Shown piece by piece: positions 26,798 through 37,702 of a stretch of DNA of 64,000 nt. Every line of letters starts with the position of its first letter. The stretch's first letter is position 1. The position numbers were made by a program, and so were the translations under genes. The stretch comes from Fistulifera solaris (lineage: Eukaryota), in the NCBI GenBank assembly GCA_030295235.1, contig AP026134.1:930001-994000 (forward strand). Direction: 5' to 3'. Below the pieces are notes generated by a model. It saw nothing but the letters and a program-made list of their open reading frames with translations. It did no database searches and had not been told where the DNA came from.

Positions 26798-27739
26798 ATA
26801 GAAGATAAAGGCGTTTTTGATGGTTGTTTTCATGTTATTATGGTTCTGAGCAAGCTACCAGAGCATTTGCGATTCTAAAGTAAAAATCCTAATACACAGT
26901 TTCACGACTCAAAGGATTGTATTCGTAGCAGTGCTTGATTTTAAACGCTGACATTGCAGCTTCCCCTGTTGCAAGCGATGGTCAGGATGCATTCCGAGAA
27001 GCCCAGACCATGTCGTTGATGATTGCTACATCAATGTCACAGATCGATGGCAACGTCTTACTATATTGTTGTCTACTCGAGGAATGAATGAGCACCGACA
27101 TGAGAAGATGAGCATTGCAACAAAAGAGCGTCATGACAAACGACTTACGAGATTACAAGTTCCGGTCGACAAGGATGTGCAAAATCGTCCGTAATGGTAT
27201 CGTTCGAATCAATCCTTGGTACCGAAAAGGCATTCAACACAAAATAAACAACAATGGTCGCAAAAAGATCACAACCAAAGAAGCCACGCCTTGTTGATGA
27301 AAGGTTGTTGGGTCGAAATAAAAAACCGTGTCTTCCAAGAGATGACTAATCCAGAGTACATAGAGACCTCCCACAAGGAGCACCGATACGTGCAACACAA
27401 AGCCGCAATTTGCGGCAGACGCATTCTTGCTGGACATGCAATGAATAATTTATTGATTGATGGTCAAAACTTGCTACTCGATTCTCACCATGCATTATGC
27501 CATGCTTATTCATCCTCATTCATGCAAAAGATGCCCTCATTCCAACAAGCGAAGCAATACCTGGTAGGATAGCGGAACAACGATTAAAAGTAATATCCGG
27601 GTATCCCCTGGAATTGGCCTGAGCTTCTTAAAATCTACGTCGACATACTTTGTAAGAAGCTTCACGCTATTAACGTTACGCACTGTACACATTCTCTACA
27701 AAGATACGTGAAAACACAAGGAACAACGCCGTTTCCGTA

Positions 27740-28079
27740 GCCAGATTTTAGGAAGGTAAAAACACCACCTACCCAGATTTTCTGTGTATGTAAAAATACC
27801 AGAATCCCAGATTTTCTGAGTACGTGGAAAAATCACGACCTCAGATTTTCTGAGTACTTGAAAACATCAGGTTCCCAGATTTTCTGAGAACTTCTACTAG
27901 AGACCACATTCCCAGATTTTCTGTGGACGTAAAACAGCCCACTATATTATTTTAAAGTGTAGCATCAACCGTATCACGACTGCATTTCAGTCATGAACAA
28001 TTTTTGTGGACGTGAAGTGAACCCAACTGGCTTCCCCAGATTTTCTGACCACGTAGCCACCACCTGCCCAGATTTTCTG
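27740..28079. repeat. Interspaced repeat array: core CCCAGATTTTCTG with 19-24-nt variable spacers
   Basis: Core at 27772, 27806, 27840 (CTCAG variant), 27874, 27911, 28035 and 28067; degenerate copies at about 27740 and 27998. Confidence 0.9.
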
Positions 28080-28521
28080 TGAATGACGAAGCAGTGCATC
28101 ATTGTCTTCGCTACATTTTGAATTCTATTTTTGGTGTCGTTTATTGACTATTATTGCAAGGAACACATGCTGGGTGAAATTATAATGACATTTGGGCCGG
28201 AAAGTGTCTAGAGAAAGGGTGAAGAATCATCGGATACCGCAAGCTCCGGGTTGAAACTGCGACATTATGGTTAGACATTCCATGCTCCACATGGACGCGC
28301 CGTATTGATGGCCGTTCGGCACGCTAACGAATGATGAGTAATGGTACACACGAACAGATTCGTTATTTTCACTTTGTTCGAGGCATCAGTTCCGGGTACC
28401 CAATCATCAGTCGAATCTAAGAAGCTACTTGACGGAGACGTTGATGTTACGAAAGAGTAATCAGGTGCTTCTAGGCCACGCGATAATTCAGGTACCATTG
28501 GTTGGATTACGAAAAACGATG

Positions 28522-28816
28522 GACAAAGTCCGTCATATACATTGCGGTGAAGAATCAAGACTAGAGAGAAAGCAGTCAGTTAAAACAAAAAAAACACTAA
28601 TTACTAATTATAGACCACTTCTTCATTACTAGTCGTGACGGAGAGACTAGATTGTTGCGGTTTCAGTAGCTTTATCAACCTGTTCTTCCTCTTTGTCGGA
28701 TTCCTTTTCACCGTTAGACTCATTGTCATCTGTCTTGCCTGTAGCAGCCGCAAACGACGCGGGGTCTGGCAACAATACATTCACTCCAAGAGATTCCGGA
28801 TCGGTCCTAGTCTTGC
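28522..28816 (-). repeat. Copy 1 of ~295-bp inverted duplication (3' coding end and 3' flank of the DUF6824 gene)
   Basis: Reverse complement aligns with 34577-34872. Confidence 0.9.
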
Positions 28817-30802
28817 CGTCCTTCTCGTCGTTGGTCTTTTCACGGAGTGCCTGCGATGTTTTTTCCGCCGCTTTCTTATCACCGACATCAATCCACTTTC
28901 CAGTCTTCTCGTCTTTCTTCAAGAAACGACCGGGTGGATCTCCATTTCGGATGGCGCGAACAATCACGCGGGCGACCGAAGGCTTTTGAATTTTTGGTGC
29001 ACGGACATAGTCAGGTCGGTGCAAAGCGACGATATCTCTGAATCGTTTGTTCCCTTTGTGGTGGTTCGTCAAGCCACCTCTGCCTAGCAAAATGTCATGG
29101 TCTGTGACCAAAATGTTACCCTCTTCATCAACGGCGTTCGGAGGAAGCCCCGCCGTAACAAGCTCCGTGCCTTCCGTCTTCTTCTTGGCCGCTTGTTTTG
29201 TGGCTGAGGGGACCGACACACGGATCTTCGGTTTGTATTCAGCAGCTCCCACAGCAGCACTTTCAGTGGTCTTTTGTTTTTTGGTCTTGCTGCCTTCTTC
29301 GACATCGTCCCCATCATCTTCTTCGCCGTCTTTACCGCCGCGGAGAGACTCGCGGAGTGCCTGTCGATCACGCTTCTCTGCATTCGATCTTTCACGGAGA
29401 CCCTGCGACGTTTTCTCAGCTGCTGTGCGATCTCCCACATCGTACCACTTTCCGTCGTCATTCTTCTTCAAGAATCTATGATAGTAGCAAAAAGAGGAAG
29501 GCACTGCCTCTGTCAGGTCCGAATAGTCTACTGTGTAGTCAATCACTAGAACGTACCTGCCAGGAGGGATACCGGTTCGAATGGCGCGGACAATCTTGCG
29601 AGCGACACCGGGTTTGTCCATTTTGACGGCACGAATGTAGTCGGGGCGATGCAAAGCGATAATGTCACGGAATCGACGGTTCCCAGGATGACTATTCGTC
29701 ATACCGCCACGACCAAACAGCACATCCCAATCGTTTGGTTCATCAATGGGCTCAGTTCCCGGTTGTGTCATATTTTCAGAAGGCAAGTCCGCAATCCCTT
29801 CACTGATATTATCCAGTGGGTTTCCCAGGGCATTGTACGCAATCAGATGAATTTCCTTTTCGAGAAAGACCTCGAACACGAAAACAAGTGAAAATTGTGC
29901 CGCTTCTGCTCCTGAAAGCAACTTCCAGTTGACCTTGGCATCCGCTTCGGCCACACGAACCAAGAATCTTGAGTTTTGAGATGCGACTGCCGCAGGAACT
30001 TTATCCTTGTCTTCCTCGTGCAGTTCGGCCTCATCCAACCCCTTGAGCAGCTCGACAGCGGCTTCTACTCGCTTGTCAACAGTCCTTGTCATCGACGATA
30101 CTAAGTGGGATGCGAGACTAAAAACGGTGCGGTTTCCTCCCTGTTGCTCGTACATCTTTTCACTCTGGGTGCTGTCATCACAAAGAAACAAGACGGCATC
30201 TTTGGGGTTAGGAAGAAGGGCTTCATCTTCGGTGGCTTTACGCTCCAATATTTCCTTGAAATGACTATAGGGACTCAGCGTCAAGTCTCCCAAGTCGTCG
30301 TTCTTAAACTCTTCGACCATGGCACCCGCCAGTGCGTCTTTGCATCTTGATCGGCAACTTCAATCCAGTTCTTGTCTTCTTTCTTGAGAAAGCGTCCTTT
30401 TGACTTCATGAAAGGCTTGGGAACATCCTTTAGACCCGCCAATTCATACTCCTTGCCATTTTTGACTAGCTTAAAGAGGTTTTCGGCAATTTCCATCGCC
30501 TCACTGGCTGTGGAAGGAGGTTCTTTGCCTTGCAATTTCCAGATGATGCGGTGCAGTCTCATCATGTCCTGCAAGAGGAGATTCGTGCGGTGCCCTGCCG
30601 AACCTTCTCCTACAATCACATCACGGAATCTCGGTTTTATCGTAGAACCATCTTCAATATCCGAAGCAGTAGCATCATCGTCCTTTACGGCAGGCTTGAC
30701 TTCTTTGGTCTCTTCTGTTTTAGTCTCTTCCGTTGAAACGGGTGTTTCTTCTTTCTCTTCCGGTTCTTTTGCCTTGGCGCCTCGTTTAGCTCGACCTTTC
30801 AT
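28647..30802 (-). CDS. Protein with multiple DUF6824-type domains
   Basis: Two near-identical D(V/I)L.GRGG.TN.H.GN.RFR...GRFLKK...W.DVGD..AAEKTSQ.LRE domains plus two degenerate N-terminal ones. Frameshift near 30325; probable in-frame intron about 29555-29478. Confidence 0.8.
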
Positions 30803-31549
30803 GATGACTGTTGATGGGTGAATGACACGTGAATAATGAAAGATGGTTTCAATCAACAACGAAGGCGAATGAATTGAATCAACAACGAAGGAGGACTGGT
30901 TGACTATTCAATCACCTTCGTGAGCTGACTCGTTCTGTTTTTTTGAGCGAGCGATTTTGCAAGCATGCGTTGGAAATTTCATCCACGATCACGATGAAAC
31001 CCGATCATTTCGTAGTTTACGTAGAGTCCTGTAGTTTTTCTACAGGCGGGTGACTTTTTCATTCGGATGAGTGACCGTGTCGAAGTGACAAGTTTCGGTC
31101 ATCCACGAATGTGCTACGAAGGTTCCAGTACATCTTTCTACATGAGACTTGCTGAAGCGAACTCTTTTGAAAATTTGAACTTGACTTTGCAACAACAAGT
31201 AGAGGGTAGACGACATACGAAGTTTGACGTGTTTCTATAGGAATCACGCTTTGAAGAGGTCACGAGTCTCGGCAAATTCAAATTAAAGATAGCACAATTT
31301 GCCTCATAGTGTTTGCCACCGTAGTATTTCTACAGCAGGCTACATCAACGGTTTTTTCAAATTTTGTTTGCCGCTTCAACAAAACACCACCGACCAGCGA
31401 ACGATGCGAAGATGAAATCCTTGGTCCTTGATCGGATGATTACAAGAATTGCCATCAACTTTCGATCGCTGCTTCCTGCTAACTCAAGAAATGATGCGTA
31501 AATTATGATCTACATGCGTAGGCGCAAGACAAACAACAACGAGTGAGAA

Positions 31550-32473
31550 ATGACGAAAAGATCTAATCGAGGAGTATTCGGTGGCGGCTCGCACTGGTTG
31601 AGTCGGAAGCAACGCTCGAGTCCTGCAAAACCAGTCTCCGTGACTCCCAAAACTCATTGCAGCGAAGATGAAGAACAATCAGTTTTGTTGTTATCGATTG
31701 ATACCCAGTCCTCGCAAGAGCACAGCACTTCCGGGTTCACTCCCGTAACCAAGAAGCGCCGTAACACATTTGGTAGTCGCAAAGCGCCTCAGGTTTATCA
31801 CTCAGTATCCGATGATATCTTCTTCTCGCCAAGTATCCTCTGTCAGAAGAGAGCCATAAGACTGGAAGATAACGCGACGAGGACGAAAGATCTAAGTACA
31901 AGCTCGTCTCCTTCGAACGAATCATCGAGTTCATCGCATTCAGAAAGCCAACTTAGCCGACAGTTTGATTGCGCGGTCCAACAGAAATCACAGGAAATGA
32001 AGGGTTCAACATTATCCAGTGTCTCTCTGAACAAATCGTTTCATTCAGAAGGATCTTGCATCATTGGGATTACTTATAGTAAACTTCAGAACACGAAGAA
32101 TATCGCACACGACAAGGAATTTGATTGTGACGACACCACATTAAGTCATTCCGCTGTCAATCCTACAGAAATGAATCAGCCCTCTAGTACCATGACATCG
32201 CTCGACGAAGCACGAGCCTATTTTGCACAGTTGGACGCTTCTCCGATCGTCATGGAGGCCGTCGATGACAGAGAACGACACCGTAAAGTCGTACGCACGC
32301 GGCGTCGATTGCTTCCTACTCATCCGACAGTGAGGAAAGAATATAGAGAGTATGCACAAGCCTGTGATTGTGCACAAGTGCCCGCCATGACGTTGGAAGA
32401 GTTTGCGCGGCATCGAAAAATATTTCAACCGAACGATGTGATATATGAGGGATTTTTGGATGTAGAAGATTGA
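31550..32473 (+). CDS. Hypothetical Ser-rich protein
   Basis: Uninterrupted 307-aa ATG ORF, low-complexity N-terminus, more ordered C-terminus. Confidence 0.6.
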   Translation: MTKRSNRGVFGGGSHWLSRKQRSSPAKPVSVTPKTHCSEDEEQSVLLLSIDTQSSQEHSTSGFTPVTKKRRNTFGSRKAPQVYHSVSDDIFFSPSILCQKRAIRLEDNATRTKDLSTSSSPSNESSSSSHSESQLSRQFDCAVQQKSQEMKGSTLSSVSLNKSFHSEGSCIIGITYSKLQNTKNIAHDKEFDCDDTTLSHSAVNPTEMNQPSSTMTSLDEARAYFAQLDASPIVMEAVDDRERHRKVVRTRRRLLPTHPTVRKEYREYAQACDCAQVPAMTLEEFARHRKIFQPNDVIYEGFLDVED

Positions 32474-32518
32474 AGCCTCGTTTCACAGTTAATTCTTATA
32501 ACGCTATTCATTCAACAA

Positions 32519-34266
32519 TTAGGACAAATAAAGGATTGCCAAAAGAGCATGCAGCGGCATGTATGCGTATCGTACGTAGATCGTGTAGTATGGAAATACT
32601 CTTGGGACTAGAAGGATGCACGGCAGTGTGATCCCAATCAGCCCAGTGGATAGTGCGTACAAAATAACGGATCGTGCCCGATGTATAGCTCGTTTTGCGT
32701 CTTTTCTTCATGGGTGCTCGAATTAAAGGACGGAAAGGCAATCAGCGGCGCCCAAAAGAGTGCAGACGGAAAAGCAAGAGACACATGGCCAAAGGCAATA
32801 GGGATATGAAGCAGCAACGCCGTGAAACAAGCAACGAATTGAGCGGTCTGCTTCGATAACCGTCGCAGTCCCAAACGTAACAAGAGCGAGATTGTCACGG
32901 AGACTAATAAGAAAGACACAACAATCATCTCCTTGTCCATCTTCGACACGATGGCGTGAAAGGCCGTCACGCAACATAGCGTCAAGAATAGTGTGTACTG
33001 GACAGTCGGCCAGTGGAAAGCGGGGATATCCACAAGCACCAAAGTGACAGCCCGCACCACCAATGGAATCAATAAGAGCAAATTAGGCACTAAATATTCC
33101 TCATGTTTGACGAATCGTTCCGGGGACGCCAACAAGTAAAGTGATGTGCTATGATGCAGCCGTTCGTGAAGATTAGAAAGCGCTCGCAGTACATATTCCA
33201 GTCGCTGTATACAATCCGCAGTAAATTGATTAGGATCAACACCAGGTGCAAACAAGGCTTGAATGGTCAAAGCATCGATTCCACGATCCAGTGCCATCGC
33301 ATGGGGTGGGTACGGTTCCAACAAAAGCGAGTATTCAAACGCCAACAATTCTAGCATCTTCGGTAACCATTCTTGTAATTGCTTGACTTGCCATGAAGTA
33401 AAAATCGACTGAAAATATTCTTGAATTTGTGTGGCTTCTTTGCGATATGGATGCATAGTAATGACGGCCTTGTTGGTTTGTGTGAGGATGGACCGCGAAT
33501 ACACATACATGGCCAAGAAGACCAAATCCATGTTGGGTAATACACCCCGTCTCCCTTGTGGTAAAATGCGTATTTCAGATTTTACGGGAGGAGAGGAAGA
33601 CACAATTCCTTTTTGTGCTTGCGGCTGAACATCTACAACAAGCAAATTTCGTAACAAGAAACCATTCATATCATGCGGCAGTGGCGGGCGAAACAGTGTT
33701 CCCTGATCGGCTGGCCCCAGATACACATCCAAGAACCGGTTAACAGTAGACGTAAGATTCATTTTTGATTCCATCGTACTCGTAACGATGAAAAGAGTCT
33801 TGGCAATCCAATTGGCTTGTTGTAATTGCTGAATAAGTTTCATCACGGCTACTAGAAACACATTCGACACATTCGACGCAGTCCAAGGAATGACTAAAAC
33901 AATCGCTTCTGAAACAGGACGGACCGCCACTTGTGTAGGTGTAATTTTGAGGATTTCGAAACCATCGGGATGTTGTGTACAAGAAATTCGTGCATTGCGA
34001 GAGACGGAAGCACATAAAGAGCGTCGCTTCCATCCGGTCGGTACAGTGAGAGCATCAAACTGCCCTCTCTTATTAAAATACGACGGATCTAACGAGCTTT
34101 CGTCAATGTACCATCTGCGTGGTTGCATGTGTCCTGTAAGGACTGACGCGACCGGATGCAAGGCATGCCAGAAAATCCCGATGAAATACGGAGCGACGAG
34201 CAGCAAGGGCAATTTACGTCGCCATTTTGGTGTCTTGAATTCCTCTTGTATTTGGTCTTTCGCCAT
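32519..34266 (-). CDS. GAA1: GPI transamidase component Gaa1/GPAA1
   Basis: YIDESSL, GVLPNMDLV and LRALSNLHERLHHSTSLYLL match Gaa1 motifs; multi-TM C-terminus. The last TM segment is reached by a frameshift near 32690 (stop 32521-32519). Confidence 0.85.
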
Positions 34267-34576
34267 GTTCCTGCTTTCAAGCTGAGCATTAAATGCGAAT
34301 AGTTACCTCCCTTTTCGGTCGAAGAAATAAGATGTTTGTCATCAAGGAGGAGGAGTCGTTATGATTGTCCCAACGAAGTCTTACCAGGTATTTTGACCGC
34401 CCGTAGTGTTATTGCTTATTGCGCGTCCAAATGCTTCATGACTGAAGTCCAGTCGTGGTGACGAAAAACCTACCTATAGTGATATTAGAGTAACAATGTA
34501 CGCAATGAACAATCCGGAAGCTTATTCGTGTGAATGATTCAAAGGCAAATTAATCCGGAGGACTTCTGGTATGATC

Positions 34577-34872
34577 GACAAGACGAAGACCGATCCGGAA
34601 TCTCTTGGAGTAAATGTCTTGTTGTCAGACCACGCGTCGTTTGCGGCTGCATCAGGCAAGACAGATGACAATGAGTCGTCTAACGGTGAAAAGGTAATCG
34701 ACAAAGAGGAAGAACAGGTTGATAAAGCTACTGAAACCGCAACAATCTAGTCTCTCCGTCACGACTAGTAATGAAGAAGTGGTCAATAATTAGTAATTAG
34801 TGTTTTTGTTTTAACTGACTGCTTTCTCTCTAGTCTTGATTCTTCATCGCAATGTATATGACGGACTTTGTC
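34577..34872 (+). pseudogene. Copy 2 of the inverted duplication: orphan 3' end of the DUF6824 gene
   Basis: Encodes KTKTDPESLGVNVLLSDHASFAAASGKTDDNESSNGEKVIDKEEEQVDKATETATI* plus about 120 bp of matching downstream sequence. Confidence 0.85.
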
Positions 34873-34912
34873 AACCTAATTTTGCTTGCATTGTGAAACT
34901 AAAGTAATATGA

Positions 34913-36859
34913 TTATGATGCGGAATCGAATGTTGTTGTGCTCGATACCTTTTGTTCAAAGCGACAGCACTCGCAAGCATAGATCTTATTGAAAAAATGG
35001 CCTTCACCGATCCGCTGTAGCCGTACCGATCTCCCTTTTTCAACAGCTTTAGTACCTGCATTATTCACAATCGAATAGATGCCACCCAAATTGTCCAGCT
35101 TCACTGTAAAAGCATTGAAGAAGCGAATATTGGGTTCAATCGGATGTTGGATAGCAGTCGAAATGACTACTGGATCGTTCCTAAAGTTGGAGTATATCCC
35201 AGGTGCGTATACGGTGTGGCTCTTGACGTCGCGGTCAACAAAGTATCCTCTAAACCCGTCCTTTGCAAAGTCGTGACTCGCACAGTAAGGAAGTTCGCAT
35301 TGATAAAAGTAAACGACGCCATAATCTCCCTTCCATACTACCTGGTGACCGTTGGCATGTTCAACGGCCAAACCAGCAATATGAATATTGTCGCCAGCTA
35401 CTTCAATTCCGGTTTCAACTCGAAACTCATCGTTCTCTGTTTGCCAAAACACGGGTGATATGTGTGTGTAGTTTGCTTTCTCGTCCTCACCCAAAGCGCC
35501 ATGATCAGCCCGCCACAACCAAAGGTTATCCCCGATAATGCATCCACTGTGTAAGCGCACCATATAATCAACATGCGTTTTCGTTCTGTCTCCCACTCTG
35601 CCACCGCCGACGCGACAAAAATATCAAACAATCCACCAAAATTGTCTGGCTCACCGGCATCTTTCTGATCTGCGTGTCCCCACTCCAGTAACGACGTTTC
35701 TGTGTTATTTGGATTGCTGACACTTCTTTCCGATGCTTCCAACATCAGCCCCGCAATGCGTACACCTGGTACGAAAGGTTCGACTTGAATACAAGGAGAT
35801 CCATCCTTAGGTGCAACTAATGTCGCCAGGCCTAGGCCCAGAATCACCTGATTACTCTTTCGTATTATCAACGCCTTCGTCAAATAAAAAATTCCAGGAG
35901 CAAAAACAACATCTTTTCCTTGGTCTAACGCTTCTTGAATTCGATTGATGGGCTCCTCGGAACTGATTACTCGAACAGAGCAAAAATCCCGAATCTGTTC
36001 ATGTGCGCCATCAAACGAAGAGCCACAAGCTTTTTCGCCGCGAAGCAGTAGAGGGACTCTCAACTGAAAGCATTCTTGCCCGTTCTTAGCAGTTGTTAGC
36101 GTAATGTATGGCTTTTCCATGCGAAGTTTGGGCTGTCCTACCACTGTAATCGCAGGTTCTGTGTCACCCCTGGATGAGGAACAGGCACTTGTCCACTACA
36201 TCCGACAAAGACCAAGCTCCAAGCTCCTCCTATCGCAAATGAGACCACGTGCTTTCAATGCTTCTTAACGACATTGTCTTACCTGTAACTTCTTCTTTCA
36301 TTTCCACGTTTCGAAAAAGAAATTGCTGTTGTCCACCAGCTCGGAGAGAACCGCCGACGTAGGCATTAGCCAAATGTCCACCACTAGCGTATGCTGCATG
36401 ATCGTGAAGAAGTAAGTCCGCATCCACATGCACACGTCTCAACGGCGCGGCTTGACTCACAGCCCACTGAAGAGATGCGGTACGAAAATTCTCGGCGCTC
36501 CTCCAGAATGTATCCAGACTCGTCCCAAAAGGAGGATGCAAATGTTTGTTCAAAGCAGGAACAAAAGGACCACACTGAGGGAATGCAACATCTGTCGGAC
36601 GAGATCCCAATCCTAACAGCTGCACGTAATATCCGATTTCAAAGTTGCGATCCAGAAAGTATTCGCCCGGTGCAAAGAGCAGGGCGTGACGCTTCGGGCT
36701 AAAATGGTTTTCGCACGTAAACGTTTGTTTGACTTTGTCCCAAGGATCCTGTGTCTTCTCAATCCGGTTCAAAATAGAGAGAGGTTCTTCTGAAGGATGG
36801 AACAAAAGGACCGAGTCGGGCCAGTTGGGAGGATTCGGTTCTGGCACCCCAAACGACAT
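34913..36859 (-). CDS. GH55-type exo-beta-1,3-glucanase (actinobacterial Lam55-like)
   Basis: GYYVQLLGLG, TFWRSAEN, WAVSQAAPLRR, ASGG, QQQFLFRN, GLGLATL, DNLWLWRADHG, GLAVEH, FYQCELPY. Intron 36282-36230; frameshifts near 36175 and 35610; stop position uncertain. Confidence 0.82.
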
Positions 36860-37702
36860 GGTTGACAAGACAAACGGAGGTCGGGGCTGGGCCTCTTTAA
36901 ATCATTTTGCAACAAAGGCGCGTTCCTGAAACTGCAAGACCTTAAAAACACGACCCAAAATGGACGGAGTTGTTTGAAAATATCTTTCTATCTTTGGTGC
37001 AATGTCATGTTGGCCAAGTTCCTCGATCACTTTCCGAGCAAGTTGTTTCCGAGGAGTCGTACCAGGTACGCTGTCATTTTTGTGTCTTGCTTTTGCGCTT
37101 TGCGTTTTTTATGTCACGTGTCACGTGTGGTACGGACGGCCAGCGGCCAGGCGCTCCTTAAGTCACAAATCACAAACCACAAACAATCCGTTGTCCGTTA
37201 TTACAAATTTTACAACAACCCATGGACACGGAGAATAGTGAGCTCTACAAATTAGAGTAGTGAAAGGATTGAATTTCAAAAGAATGAGCGAAGACCAAAG
37301 AAGGCGGGTGGCGAATGACTATCTCCTTTTACATTCTCATTCATAGTATCTATTCAGTCATAGCTCTTGTTAGTTCACACTTGTTTTGTATTACCTGGTA
37401 ACTAGTAACAAAGTGGAAATGACTAGAGACTAAAGATTACGGAAATGACTACGACGATATCTCTCGACACCGGGAAGGATGTTAAAATTCTGCCTCCCAG
37501 TACAAGATTCTACGTAGCGTCCACGACGAGGCAGAATTTTAACGCCGTTTCCCGACTCCCGATCCTCCGGAAGATACCAGGTAATGTTTCTCCGCAAAAG
37601 AATGGACAACCCGCTTTTCCGCTTTTACTTTTTATCCACTACAACAGCGACTCCTCTGGCAACAAGTCAGCTTTTTCTCGTTTCTAATGTTGGTAAAGAC
37701 CA

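Noticed and set aside
26950..27600. Short ORFs beside the array as a possible effector or transposase remnant
   Set aside because: The frames I translated show no recognisable nuclease, transposase or RT motif; a tblastx/HMM search would be needed.
27998..28008. Sm-site-like AATTTTTG suggesting an snRNA
   Set aside because: No snRNA-like flanking structure; better explained as a degenerate array unit.
27740..28079. Bona fide CRISPR or TIGR array
   Set aside because: The repeat is only 13 bp, spacers are short and mutually similar, no cas or Nop-domain gene is present, and the context is eukaryotic. Kept as an unexplained repeat array.
32473..32519. Very short spacing between convergent stops (also 46068/46144)
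   Set aside because: Ordinary for compact diatom genomes.
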